DNA of 62,535 bases, counting the filler, from Basidioascus undulatus (lineage: Eukaryota): NCBI GenBank assembly GCA_000826855.1. It is 5 parts of 5 records of this genome, joined end to end, with 100 filler letters (N's around TTAATTAATTAA, not from the genome) between each part and the next. Parts side by side here need not be neighbours in the genome. Positions count along the whole stretch, not along the records: positions 1 to 12,453 come from JTLS01000908.1; positions 12,554 to 24,989 come from JTLS01000909.1; 3 more parts are not named here. One strand, 5' to 3'. Each line of letters opens with the position of its first letter. Positions within the stretch are counted from its first letter, which is position 1. Below, in pieces: positions 1 through 13,349 of this stretch. Both the position numbers and the translations under genes were made by a program. A model generated the notes under the pieces. The model saw nothing but the letters and a program-made list of their open reading frames with translations. It was not told the DNA's origin and ran no database searches.

Positions 1-1593
1 GAGCGCTTCAAGACTCGAGGCTGCGCCGCCGCCGCTGCACAGACGACGGGCCGTCGAGCGCGTTTGCGCAAAGGCCTCTCCAGGTGGCAGGGGGAGAGCA
101 CGGATGCGCAATATCAATGGCGGGAGCAGATGGTTGATGGGGGAGAGCCAGAAGAATGGCTGGGTGGGCGAGGTTGAGAAGGCGATGGTGCGATGGTGCT
201 CGATCGGGGGTATTCGTTGAATGAAGGCTTAAGGACTCAAGGTGCGATAGTTTTAAACAATAAATATAGTTTATTAGTGTTTTTGCGTATCGCGATATAA
301 GCGTTGCAGCTTTGCTTAACGGTCATAGGCAGGTTCAGCTTTTCTCAGCGCAGCAGCTGGCGATACGTCTGCGACCCGCTTGCCATTCCACATAGATCTG
401 GTGTATTCTCAACATTTAAGAGGATGTGACATCTAGCACTCCCAGGACCGAAGCGGGCAATCAATGGACGTGAGCTGACTTATCCATGCTCCTGCAGAAA
501 GTTCGCATGGGCTTGAAACTACAGACCAATTTGGCATGTACTTGAGTAAAGGTACGTTACATGCTCCTTTCCACAGACCCATGCCTCAGACAGATTCAAT
601 TTTGCAGGGAACGGCGAGATGCTGACGGGCGAGCGCCGCGTATGCTGCAGAGGTCGACGGGAACTGCAGACTTACATGCAGTGGCAATTCGCGTCTAGAG
701 GAGAAAAAGAAAATCATTTCGGCTAAAGAAGGGGTTTCTGTACACATGAGCGAGTAGATGCCTTCATGTTCTCGTCCACGACCGGCGCTCCAGGAGTATG
801 CATAAGACGTCCCATTGACCTTCTTCCCATCCTCGCCCACCTATATTATAGGTAGGAGTGCCGGTGTCTACGTATAAACAGAGTCTTCTCATCATATCCC
901 CCAGCAGCGCACTGTGAACCAGGTCCACTGAGTCTTCTCCCTGCCGGCCAGCTACTAGCGGTCGTTCTGATGTAGACGTGGACATATATAGATGCCCGTC
1001 TCCAACAAAGTCTCAAAAGGTGTTCTTATACAAATGGGTACCTATAGCAACTCATCGTGGTCGAAAAGAAACCCGCCTCTCCGCGTCTTCTTCGCCCTCT
1101 TCCGTCCCAACGGAGCGTCGAAAACGACTTTGCCGTAACACCAATAGAGCCCACCCTACAACTCTCCTTTATCATTTCTCTAGCCTCGACAGCTTTCCGG
1201 AACTATGCGCAGCTCGGCTCACCGACGGACGCCGAGTTGCACGCTTCCTGTTGGACACGGCTCTGCCTTTCTGGAGCTCTACAGGCGACTTCCTTAGGTT
1301 CAACAGTTCGAGTGAGGGTGTGCTACAACCTTAGAGCGGACAGACAGTGTCGTCGGCAAACGATACTGCGCAGGACAAGGCGCCGGCGGCGTCGAGCCTG
1401 AGCTCCTGAGAGCGACATGGACGGTGCAAACCCGACGGCACACCACTCTTCATCAATCAATGTTCATTCAATGTCAAGACCCCTCTCAAGTCAACTCAAG
1501 CTAGTAGTACAATTCAATCATGCGATGCGTGGATGGGGACGCAAGTCCGGGGATGGCAACGGCGGCGGCAGCGACCGTCTGTACGGACGGTGT

Positions 1594-2158
1594 TCACTTT
1601 GCCTTCTTGCCGGGCTTGACCTGCGCGGACTCGAGCTCGAAGTTGCCGTCGACCTTGACCTGCGCGAGGGGACACACGGGGGAGCGTCAGTCACGGCGGC
1701 TGAAGGATGAGGGTTTGGGAAGGGTATGCGGGGACGGTGGGGAAGTAGGAAGGGGAGGGGAAAGGGGCGAGGGGATACGCACCACAGGAATGAAGTCTTC
1801 GTCCGGATCGCTCGTAACGACCTGTGGCGGGACCTCGAGCTTCATCAAGTCTGGCTTGTACTCCTTGCCCTCCTTGGACTTGAGCGCGTTCTTGATCCAG
1901 TCGACCGCGACCGAGTTGAGGATCCCCTCCGTGTACTCCTTCTTCTTCTTCTCGTTCTGTGTGGGGAGCCGGCGGGCCGGGGGTGAGTGCGAGATGTGAG
2001 AGGGAGGGGAGCCGTGGGGTGTGGGGAGTGGGAGGGGAGGGTGGACGCACCAGGCGGGAGGCGTGTTCGAGCTTCCATTGCCGCTTCCAAGGCTCCATTC
2101 CGGTGACATCGGGGTCGTGGTAGGACGCGCGGACGAGGAGGAAGTGATGCCTGGGCAT
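1594..2158 (-). CDS. Small 115-aa hypothetical protein (coding exons 2158-2051, 1956-1783, 1659-1594; additional 5'UTR intron)
   Basis: GTGCGT..CAG introns splice in frame to MPRHHFLLVRASYHDPDV...NEKKKKEYTEGILNSVAVDWIKNALK...VKVDGNFELESAQVKPGKKAK*; strong C/G third-position bias; GTGAGT donor at 2270 with CAG just before the ATG. Confidence 0.75.
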
Positions 2159-5100
2159 GCTGTCTCGTCGACACAGTGGGAGGGGGCCATTGGGAGTCAG
2201 TGAGCTGACCCACTCGCCAGCGTCCCACGCTCGTCCAGTCCATCCGACACCTGTATTGCCCGAGACTCACCTTGTGTGTGGGTAGGTGAGGGCGGGGCTT
2301 CGGCGGGGGTAGTTGCGGGGCTGTCGCTGATGTGCTGGTGTGTGCTGATGGTGGTGAGAGGGCAAGGGGTGCCAGCGGTGCGGTCGTTAAGAGCGGAGGC
2401 CGTGGACGCGGACAGCGGATGGTCAGCCGATACGCCAGTGGCCTCGCGTGCGTGCGAGAGTCTCGTCGAGTCGCAGGCGGGCGGAAGCGGACTCGCACAC
2501 ACACCGACTGCCGTTCAGTCTCACCTCCGGTCGCGTGACAGACCAGACGATGCGCGATCTCGCTCACGAGCTCACACTTGGCTCTTCGCCAATTCTACCG
2601 GTTATCAAATTTGGTGTATTCATTTAGCTGCCATTTGTTACGCTACTCAGGTGCTCGCGAGGCCGACAAAAGGCAGCGAAAGCGATGTGGGAATGCATAT
2701 CAGGGTCCGCGTTTCATGGCGTCATCTGACGATGCTGCGATATGAGCGAAGAGGCAGGACTCTGCCGGTAGACGCTGCAGGCAGCTTTCACTTCAACGCA
2801 GCTTCTCCGTTTCTCCTTTGCTTCCAGCTATGTGATGTGCATTCACCAGACAGTACTTTGGGTGAGTGCGGAGTTAGCGAGACTCAAACCGCAGCTTGCA
2901 GTCTGAGGCCTAGCTGTGCAGCCGTGATCCGGGTGGTTCCAGAGACGAAAAGAATCACGAAGATAATACAATATTGTTAGGAAACGAGCACACTTGAAGA
3001 TTGGGCAGACCAGGATGTCGCTTGGTGCTGAGTGGAGGGTGACTGGAGGACGTGGGGAAAGAGTAATTTGAAGACGGACGGGGTTGTTGAAGCTGTTGGT
3101 GGTATGTAAAGGCTGGAGTTGAAGTTGAGGGAGAAGAGGGAGGAGAGGATTAGAGGAAGAGCGACTGATAAGCGGCGGAATTCATTGCGCAGTCAGCTAC
3201 TTCGGTTCCTGCACGTCCTGCAGCCCCTGCGGCCAATTTGTGCATTGGTCTGGGCCCGGTTGGATCTTCAGCACTTCCTCAGCTTGAGCGGAGCTAAAGC
3301 GTCCATAGTATGTGCTTGTGCTCGGAAATTTGTATAGAACAGAGCACGATCAGATGGTTCACGAAAATGAATAGTCATTCACGATGCTGCTGTGACTGTT
3401 TATTGCTATTCCTTCTCACTACGCGATTTGCTGCAGCCATGCCTCCCCGTCCTGCCTCAAGGAATACATTCGTGCGTTTTGAAAGTGCTCGGAAAATTTC
3501 GGGGACAATTGTATTCCCTCTTCTTTTCATGAGGAAATAAGCTCGCTGCGTCGGAATCAGTGGCAAGCAGGCCCATGTTTGCCGGGTCAAATTTTCAACT
3601 CTTACCGCTGTGCTAGAATTACCGGCTTCTATGCACTTTGGCACTTGTCCTACAATAATTTCACTCGATATCTGATCCAAGATCTTGCAGTAGCCCTACA
3701 CCTGGTCCAACTTTGGCCTCTTCCCTGCCCAACTCGCGTCTTCCTCCTTCCAGTGGCTTTCCGCAGACCTGTCCAACCCTACGCTCCCATGATCCACCCA
3801 CTCTGAACCCTCCCCCTGCTCCGTCGCTCCGAAGGGCCGTTTCTTTGCCATGCAGGCAAGCCAGCTACTGCAGCGAAAATCGCCTGCTTGCAGGTAACAA
3901 ACTAGGCTTCCGCTTGGTCAAGCTGACCTTGGAGCGTAGCGTTCGCGGAGTGCCACGCTGTCGCGAGGTCGTCCATTGCGGAGAGCTTGGCGGTGTGCTG
4001 CTTCCGATCGGTGTCCAGCTGGGGTGCGCAAGCGCTCGGCTTTGGCTTCGGATGCGTCCTGTTATAATTACAGTTGTGGGACATGGGGGAAGACATTGTT
4101 AGGGAATTGCTGGCGTCTAATCACCGAGACGGGAGAAACAAACCCTGGCGGTCTTGAGAGCTTTACACTCTGGCTTCTCTTCTTAATCGCGATGCGCTGC
4201 TCCTTGACCGTCTCCTCGGCAGCCGGTCGCGCCTTCTCTGCGTCCTTGTGCGCCTTCTCGGCACTCGCTTGCATTTTGCTCAGCTTGGCGTTCTGGGCCT
4301 CAGTCGACGTAGGATGTCTCCATCTGGCCCATTTCGGACCTCTACGCCGCCCGCGCCTCGTCGCGGTCCTTCTCCGTGGCCTGCGCTCGCACGGCGTGTC
4401 GGCGTGCCGCTTCCTCTCGCTCTCGAGCTCCGACTGGAGGGGGCCGATAGTTTTGAAAGCGGCCTTGGCGAGCGCCGCCTGGAAGGTACGAGTGAAATTT
4501 TGAGGAAGGTGGAAGCGAGCGGAGTACGCGCGCCCGGCGTGCCAGACGCAGATCGCTAGCTTCGAGTTCTCGTGCTCGGCAGAGCGATTCGTTGATCTCG
4601 GCCCGGAGACAGGAGCGGTTGAACTGTCAGTTCGAGAATAGAATGAAATGAGCTACGAAAGCATTAGTTGACCCTAACATGGTGTTCACGTAAGGTTGAG
4701 GCAGCCGTCCGCTCAGCGCCCATTGGTGCGCTTTCCGCTGTCCGAGACTGATTGGTATGCCAACGAATCAGACGCAGCTCCATAAAGCGACCAAAAAAAA
4801 CAAGGCTCACGACGAAGCCGTGACGGTGGGCGACCAGGTCCCTTGGCTGAGCCTCCCCGACCGGAGGTGGAATCGCCGGGATTGAGGCGGTGAGGCTGGA
4901 AGACGCAGGAGACGCGACGGGGCGAGCCATACTAGCTTGGATTGTGAAAGTGGGATGTGGAAATACTTTTTTTTTGGGGGGGGAAGGAGCTGCTGACGAA
5001 GTTTTGCAAGGCGGAGCTTGGTCAGGCACGGTTGCTCTCACTGAGTCCCCGCCGCTGCGCCATGTTGTCTCCACCCGCTTTCGGTAATGTAGCAAGAGCC

Positions 5101-5352
5101 CACATTCCGAATAGCTTACACCTTTGCTGTGGGTTCAAACGGTTCTGGAAGAATGATTAGCCAAAGAAGATACAGATGAGTCCTGAGGAAGAAGGCTACA
5201 ACGATGTTGATGCATGGTCAGCCATGCGTAGGCTACTTTCTTTGGTACTTTCTTGCTCACGGTATAGGGTGCGCAGTAAACCCCATAACAAATATTTAAA
5301 TGGCACTTATCAACAGCCCCATCTCGAAGATTACAATAATCTGACCAGAACT

Positions 5353-7351
5353 ATGTCCATCCTTTGAGCGCCCGCCTTCTGAGCGAGCTCTAGGTGCGGA
5401 TCTTCGAGTTCACCACTGCAGAGTGCACAGACCCGCGCGCGTTTGAGCCCATCCGCAACCTGATGCTTGTCTCCAAGTCTTGGAAGGTGAGTGCTTACTC
5501 CACGACCTCATGGCTCATGGGGTTCAGGCTAACGGGGGCTCCATTCAGGCCATCGCTGAACGTGGCGTTTCTGGCAGGTCCACCTTGAGTCCGGCTCATG
5601 AGGACCTTTCAAGACGGGCAAATAACCGGGAACGCACTAGCAAGCGGGCATAAAAAAGGACCAAAGTGCTTCCATGCAATGAGAAAGAATATGTACCTAG
5701 CCAGTGAGTGTAAGAGAGGGCCAAAGTGGTTCAAGGGAAAAGAGAGGCAGCGCAGCGACGAAGAAATGGAGATGAGAAGGCAAGTAGTCTAACCAAAGCC
5801 AGCCTTGACATGCCCCCCTACGAAGCAGCGGAACGACCTTGTTCCGGAGAACCATCCAACTTAACCAATTCCATGCCCGCCAGCAGCTCATCCACCATCC
5901 TCAAACCGCCTGGGCTTCCGCACCGCCCGACCAGCCCGGGTCACCACGACAACCGGCCGGTCAGGGGCCGCTGGGCGCGCAGCAATTATCGGTGATGTCA
6001 TTGCCATTACGGCTGAGGTCGGTGAGGGGAAGGGGTACGTCATTGTCGGTGCCATTACGGCCGGGGTCGGGTGACAAGGCGAAAACCGAAGCCCAGCCTC
6101 AACCTCTCGCCCCTCCCGTCGCAGGAGGAATGGAGCCCCTAGCAGCAGAGGGATCCTTTCTTTTGGAGAGCTCGGCTCGTACAGTCTTTCGGAGACGGTG
6201 ATTCAGTTCGTTGGCATGGTCAATCTTGTCGAGCGCGTTGCCGAGCTTCAGTTCGGCGCGGAGGACCTGGTCGAACCCTTCATGGTACGAGCACCGCCCG
6301 CTGTTGTCAACCTCATTCGCTCCCTTGAGCTCTCCGTTTCCGCCCATCCTCAATCGTCTTCCTGCTCATCTCGACCATCGGCCGCCTGGAGGAACTGTGC
6401 ATTTGCTTCGAGCCACCTCATGCTGCCCCGGCAGCGCTTTCACCACCATCAGGGGACGGCAGAACGCACTGCGCTCGAATTCTTTGACCGCGCTCTCAGT
6501 CAGCAGCCCCAACTCCAAGCTCCTGTCTGCGTGGGTGCTGCGCGCTCTTGCAGTCGCGTCCCTTCGAGCGCTGGCCGGGCTGAGGCTCCACTTCAAGCCG
6601 GAGGCGGATTACGAGCTAGGAGCAGCTTTGACGGAGATCGGAGACCGGCTCGAAACCCTGCATGTGCGCGGTGCACGCCTCCCTGCGCTCCAACTGGACA
6701 GCTGCTGCCCGCGCCTGCGGCTGTTCCGCCCCAGCCTGCGGGACCTCACTGCCTTGGTGTCATTGGAGGGCCTGAACCATGCGAAAGTCTAGTCCTTGGT
6801 TTTCGAGATGCTGAATGAGGACATGAAGGAGTACGTCGATAGCGAGGAGTCGTAGGATGAAGATATCGGCTAACCTCTTGGTATGGCTCCGACGTTGTGA
6901 TGCGCGGTCTCACACCTCGGCACTTCCAGTCGCCGCCATCCGCCTGCGCTTGGAGGATGCAGGGTCGAACTTCTTGGAGCCGTTCGCCCACTGTGGGCTG
7001 TCTGATGCATTCGATGAAGCGTGCTTGGCTAAGACGGGAAAAGGAGTCATCGTCGGTGAAATGATGCGCAACGCGTTCGTGATCCGCTGGGCTGCTATGC
7101 TTTCGAGATATGAGATCGCTCTTGTAGCTCGTGACGGAGTGGCAGTGAAGTTTGAGAAGGGAGTCTTGAGCACTTTCCAACCTTTTGACACTTGCGGCCG
7201 TGATCCATGCATTTCATGGATAAGTGTTACAGGCACCCGGGACAGTGCGAGCTGTGCAGCGGTTGCTAGCATGGAGCGGCGCCGTTGCACCGCTGGCGGC
7301 ACCAGGTGCAGCTCACCCACTCAGGGGATCGCACCCTACGCAGTGTGCTGA
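5353..7351 (+). pseudogene. Degenerate F-box/LRR-type gene, apparently interrupted at ~5590-6190
   Basis: F-box-like VRIFEF..IRNLMLVSKSWK followed by GTGAGT..CAG intron; downstream LRR-like RLETLHVRG..CPRLRLF..LVSLEGL; frameshifts and in-frame stops. Confidence 0.45.
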
Positions 7352-8263
7352 AAGATACTTTGAATGATAACTTTTGCCGATACCCGGACATGACCCTCCC
7401 AGTCTCTGAGCAGCACCAAGGTGTGAGCCCTGGATGAAGAATACTTTCCAACGCCTGCGTTACTGGCCCCTTAAGCAGCCTTTCATACACTCCAGAAACA
7501 TCTTGGGTTAACTATGGGAAAGTATCAGAGTCCGAAACGTGTGCAGGTTGTAGGCCATGGGGACTGAGGGGCCTTGCAGAGCGCAAGACACTCACATGGC
7601 TGAAAGCATGGACTCTGCCGGTGCACACAGCGGGTATCTTGTAGCCGGACCCAGCGTCTTGTGCATTGCGAACTAGGTAACAGCTTCAAAGCAGCTAGTC
7701 TTTGCACGAATCAAACCGCAGCATGCGTGGCACGGCTGTGCCGAATGTGGGTCGCACCGGATGCCAAAAGACACGATGCGCGGTTGCACCAGCATTGCTT
7801 TGGCTACAGCTACAAGCAAAGGTCTCATGATACAAAATAAAGGACACACCGTCCTTTTCAGCCGAGAGTTTCATCGAGCTTATGCACACCCTGGACTTAC
7901 TCAGGAACTTCAGAAGAAGGCAGCTGCTTCGGCGCCGGCTGCCCGCACGACCGGCGCAAGCGCTCCTCGTACTCCTCTCGGGACCGCAAGCCCGCACGTA
8001 CCTGTGCCCCTCTTCCTGTTGGAAGGAGGCCGCCGAAGGATCTGGTCGCCTGCAGTCAGAGGCTATGCGGTAAGTCTTTACTTCAGTCTTGTTGCTGGAG
8101 GAGTTTCTTACGAGAAGATGGCCTTCGATCATCCTCGACCTGCTGCCAGTGCAATGCCGGCTTCGTGGTCGACCCCAGAAGGAGACCATTCTCCCACGGT
8201 ACGCTGCTTTACATACGCTATGTCCCCACCCTGCCTGCGGGCTAAAGGTGATAATGATTGTGA

Positions 8264-9203
8264 AATGACAGCAGCCGAGGACACCGATCGCGTTCGCATC
8301 GCTCGCGCGCTCGCCTTCGCCAACTCGGAGGTTCTCGAAGCTGGTCGATCACGTTCTGGACGACGATCCGTCTCCCCGCTCTCGGTCCTACCTTAGAATC
8401 ACCGCGTCGCGTCGCCTCGAGACCGCTCTTATCCGGGTTGTCAGCGACTTGCCAGCGTGCTCGGCGAGGTCCCCTCGAACGAAAGTCACTACAAGTGGCA
8501 GCGCGACCAAGCGTGCGACCGCTGCGATGTGACCGAGGAGCACCTCGCGAGCCAGCGCGAGGAGGGCAAGCAGCTCAGGACCCAGCTCGTGGACGCTCAC
8601 GAGCGGGTGCAGTCCGCTGAGCATGAGCGCGACGAGGCGCGGTCGGCGCGGTCGTCCGAGGCGGCCACGCTGCAGAGCAGAGTCGGACAACTCGAGGCGC
8701 AGAATACCGAGCTTCTCGGGGCACGCGCAGATGCGCGCTTAACGTTCAAGGAGAAGGAGAAGGCGATGGAGGAGTTGCAGGCGAAGCACAACAAGCTGGC
8801 GGCGACCAAGATGCGTAGTTCGCTTCATGGGCATTGTGGATGTCGGTCATCGTTCTGACACCGCTTCAGTGGACCTCATTAAAGAGAGTGCTCCGCCGAG
8901 TCCACCTGCATCCGCACACAGCTCGACGAAGCGAAGAAGGAGCGCTCAGCCGCTTTGTCGGACGTTGCAACGCTGTGGAGCGAAAACCCCGCTCTACGAG
9001 CCAAGCTGGATGTTGCCCGAGCAGACGCAGCGGGCGCGCATGAGTTTCTAGTTCTCGCAAACCGGATGAACGAAGTCATGACGGCTATCGACTTTGAGAG
9101 TGGTTCAGGACCTGAAGAAGTCGAAGCTCGAGTTATTTTTATATCTCGGGCGAATAGCCAACTGCAGCGATCGAGCAGAATCTGTGTAGCGACACGGACT
9201 TGA
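8264..9203 (+). pseudogene. Degenerate coiled-coil protein gene
   Basis: Heptad-rich segments (8457-8810, 8955-9203) separated by an in-frame TAG at ~8394 and frame breaks. Confidence 0.3.
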
Positions 9204-10479
9204 CTTGACTTGAAACGGGCTCTAAAGGACATTGGTTTCATGTTTCTCTATGTACATAGCGATATTGAAAAATCTGCTCCTGAATACTGTTCGGCTGTGT
9301 GTATGGCAGGATTGCGGCCGAAAGGAGATTGAAAGACCTGGACTAGAAGGACTGGAAGCGCCGGAGCCTGGCCGACGCTTTCTGCTTGTGCCCTAGACTT
9401 GAAACGATGTTTCAAACTCCCTGTGGGTTTGTAATGAAATCTCTTGAAAATAAGTTCTTCATTCATTTGTCTCGGCCGGGATGGCGGTTGTAGCTCAGCA
9501 AGGTACGCCGCTCTTCGCCGATGTCCGGGATGAGGGCTGAGCAGCGCGGAAACGGACAGATCCATGTACTATGTACAGAGTCCTGGGAGTCTTAACCTTT
9601 GCAGATTTCGGACATTCAACAAATCACATGCAGAACTCTATCGCAGAACGAAGCGGCAGGGAAAAGGGAGATGCAGCAAAGGAAGGCAACGCCGTTGTTG
9701 CATCCATTGCGATCCGTCGGCCCTTTGGAACCTGAGACCGCGATTTTCCCAGTCAAAGATTCAGCATTCTAAGACAGAACATGTCAACCCATCTATCCAG
9801 CAAATCCCCATCTGGTGGCGAGCTTTGAGCATCTCTGTGGAAAGTCGTCGCAACGGCACCCAAGCTGGTCTGCGAGCGCAACGCGCAAGGGCATACAGAC
9901 AGGCTCAAGACATTGTATGCCTTTCCCTTTTCACTTGCAACATACCGGGTCTTCCCGGATCGATGCTAACTGACTTCCAGCATCAACCCGACGCGACGCG
10001 GGCGCTATGCCGAAGATGCCTTCGCTTAGACATTGATCGGAATGCACACTCAACCCGCAATCTAACGAAAAGCTCATATTTCACACATTTGTGCGCCATT
10101 CGCTCACCATCGACATCCGACCAATGCCAATGTCCGAACCAATAGCTCGATACTCGCGCCAGTGACGATTGGCATACGTATCCGCCGGCCCCGGAATTCT
10201 CAAGGTCTGCAGCTTCTCCAGCGAGTCCCCAAACTTCTGCACGAATAGGTCCACAATATGGATACGCTATCCTCCGCGAGCTTCTTCGCTGTTTTAAGCA
10301 CCGTGTTGGCCGCTTCGAGTGAGAGTCGCGCCGCCTCGACCCGCCGGCGCGCTTCCGCGTACTCTGCGTGCGCGCGTACGCCGTTGTCCTGCTCCGCCGA
10401 GCTGATATTCGACAGGAGGGTGTAAAGCGGATCAAGGTCGTATTGGCGGAAGGGTGTTGTAGGAGTGTGGGGAAGGGAT

Positions 10480-11262
10480 ACTAGCGGCAAGAGCTGCGAG
10501 AGCCGGCGCGTGTGCGACGAGACAATCGAGCAACTGCTCCGAAAGGAAATTCAGTGGAAGAAGAACAGAAGAACACATGAATGGACATCACCTGATCTCC
10601 CGAATCATCAAAGGTCGCAAGGTAGAGATGGGAAACGTTCGGGAAGAGCTTCGAACCTCCCGAGCGCCGGAGATTGAGAGTACGGACGGTGTCGGCTTTG
10701 AAGGTTGGGAGGCAGCGCCTGAAGTGTGCGACATTGTGGAGAAGGAGGGTGTGGCCGGCGATTTTGCGATTCCAGTGGAGGACGTGGCCGGCGTTCTGAG
10801 AGCGTCTCGACCGGCTGGACGACCACGCGAAGGGCTCCAAGTCCCGCACGGCGTTGAGGAACTTCTTGAGGCTCTGACCGATTCCCTTCGAAAGCGGGTC
10901 TCCGGACAACGACTTTGAGCGATCTGCGTTGGGAGGCACGACGGCGTCAGCTACACTACACCCACGCTTCGCTGATCTCGATGCGTGCTCCGAATGAACG
11001 GCACCAAGCCTTCCTTCATGAGCGCCGTCATCCTTTCCGCATCGCTCGCCAAGCCTGCGTATACTGTCAGGCACGACCGCAACGCGGGTCGCGCGAGACG
11101 GAAGAGTCAGGACGTGGTGGAGAGCGCCTTGAGCGCGCCGCGTGCCCTGATTGGCGGTTTCGCGTTGGTCCACACCGCGCGTCGGTGCTCAATTCGATTG
11201 TCCGCGCTCAAGTAGCCCACGATCTCAGCAAGGATCCCGCTAACGAGGTGCGGAGAGGGCAT
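10480..11262 (-). pseudogene. Degenerate F-box-like gene
   Basis: MPSPHLVSGILAEIVGYLS...ARGALKALSTTS*LFRLARPAL resembles a basidiomycete F-box N-terminus; in-frame TGA at 11107-11109 and further frame breaks. Confidence 0.35.
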
Positions 11263-11813
11263 GAGGGCCAGATGATGCAGGCGGGTGAACCAAAACGGCA
11301 AACGCTTGCGCGGGATCGCAGTCTCGGCGATGCGCAGCGCATATCGCAAAACAAGACCCACACTCCCACTTTCACACACGCAAGCGAGCAGTCACAACAC
11401 GGTACATAGAATTCGAGCACAGACACACAGAAAAAGAAACACAGGCAGTTCCCTCCCCGCTCCTCTTTCCCCTTCCCCTCTCCCGCCCCGTCCTCGTCCG
11501 TAACAGCAGATTAAGGGAAGGCGTAAAGTAACGACAGAAAAGCGCAAGGGAAAGAGAAGGAAACGAGAACGCGGTAATGAGAGAGAAGGAAAGGAGACGA
11601 TGCGGTCTAAGAAGCGATAAACAGATGAAGCGAGACGGGAGAGAGTGCTGGAGTGTATAAGCGCGAGGGAGGGATATCGTATGAGCTGAACAGGTCCAAA
11701 ATCGGAAATCGGAGCGAAAGAAAACGGAGACGAACGGAAAAGGGGAAGGGGATAAAAAGTCCAACAACAAAAAGCGAAAAGCGTTCTTCACTCGTCCAAC
11801 CCTCCTCCCCTTA

Positions 11814-12453
11814 CTAGAGCCCTAGTCCAATCCCCAACCCCATCTCCCTCTCCCTCTCCCTCTCCACGGCACTAATCATCCTACCCCCCACCGGCGGCAA
11901 CCCCTTCCTCACCGGGCTCGGGCTCCCCATCCCTCCCCTTCCCCGCCCCGCTCCTCCCCTCGCTCCCACAGGGCTCTGCAAGCTCTCGAAGAACGCCTGC
12001 GCGCTGGACGACGACCCCGACCCTCGGACGGACGCGCTCGTCGGCGTGCGGACGGACATCTGGTGCGCGTGCGGGAGCCGTGGCGTGCGGGAGGAGGACA
12101 GCCGGACCGCCGGAAATTGAAATCTGCTCCCCTCCCGCGTAGGGGATGTCAGAGCTGGCAGAGCGGGTGGAGGAACAAGGACGCACAAGAGCAGTTCTCC
12201 TTCCAGCATATCCAGTCGCCCTCGCTAACCCGTCCCCCCTTCCTTGTCAGCTTCCACCCCTTCTCCCACCTCTCTTTCCTTCCAGAACGCACCGAAAGTC
12301 CACCCCCGGCAGCGCCTGACCCGGTCCCCCACCAAGCGATTCCAGCGCGAGGGCATTCGCGCTCCTCTCCCTCTCCCTCTCCCCCCCTCTCTCCCCCTCC
12401 CGATCTCCTTCCGACTTCCTCTAACGAACGCTCAACAACCTTCCTCCCTACCC
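11814..12453 (-). CDS. 3' part of a gene with a RanBP2-type zinc-finger-like motif (5' end lost at contig break)
   Basis: Exons 12453-12293, 12224-12187 and <=12123 join via GTGCGT..AG introns to VDFREGDWICWKENCSYFNFRR. Confidence 0.5.
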
Positions 12454-12553
12454 NNNNNNNNNNNNNNNNNNNNNNNNNNNNNNNNNNNNNNNNNNNNTTA
12501 ATTAATTAANNNNNNNNNNNNNNNNNNNNNNNNNNNNNNNNNNNNNNNNNNNN
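12454..12553. other. Artificial contig spacer (N44-TTAATTAATTAA-N44)
   Basis: 100-nt linker with stops in all six frames; identical at four places. Confidence 0.98.
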
Positions 12554-12619
12554 GATGGGAATTGCCCAGCCTCCCGGTCAGCGTCGTCGGTAGCTTTCAG
12601 TAGAGACAGAGAGACTTAC

Positions 12620-13208
12620 CGAGCGAGAAGAAGTCCATCGCGGGCGCAGCCTGCGCCTTCCCCTTCCCCTTCGCCCCTCCAGCAGCGGCCTTGTTCCCCA
12701 CCGAAGGCGGGACGAGTCCCGTCGCCGACGCCGACGCGCCCGCCTCCCTGACCGCGTCCATCTCCTCTTTCCCGAACCCAAACGAGTCCACCACGGACAG
12801 CTTCTCAGTCTGCTTCGCCTTGGGCGCGGGGAGCACGATGCCCGAGCTCCGCTTCGGCGCAGGAAGCATGCCCAGCAGCGCGGACATCCCGCCGCCACCG
12901 CCCTCCGTCTTGAGCTTCTTCAGCGCCGGCGCGTCGTCCTCGACCGCGTCTGCCGGGGTAGCAGAGCGCTTGGACGGCGCGTCGATCGTGATGCGCACGG
13001 GGCCGTTGTGCTTCTTCTTGGATGGCGGGGGGAGGGAGAGCCCTGAGGCGCCAGCGCCGCCGGACTTGGGAGGAGGGAGAGAGGAGAGAAGACCGGACTT
13101 GGTCGACGGAGGTGCGGGCGCTGCTGGTTTAGGAGCAGGCGCCGGTGCCACAGGCGTGGTCTCTGGCTCCGAGTCGCTGTTGTCCGAGCCGTAGTCGCCG
13201 ACGAGCAT
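12620..13208 (-). CDS. PRCC-like (proline-rich, spliceosome-associated) protein, exon 1; 3' truncated by contig end
   Basis: MLVGDYGSDNSDSE start, Pro-rich LPPPK repeats, LLGMLPAPK, ends MDFFSL at a GTAAGT donor. Confidence 0.65.
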
Positions 13209-13349
13209 GGCGAGTAAATGCTAGATATTGAGATGGGAGTGGTTGCAGGTCAACCGGCGAGCCTGCAGACGCGCTCGAGTTCAGCGCGCGCGGCGTCATT
13301 TCGTTCCTTGCCTTCGTTCCTTGCCGTCCTCCCATCAACCACTCTCTCT

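Noticed and set aside
3100..4560. Possible LINE ORF1/gag remnant (minus-strand coiled-coil fragments)
   Set aside because: No intact zinc knuckle, reverse transcriptase or endonuclease motif visible; too degraded to support
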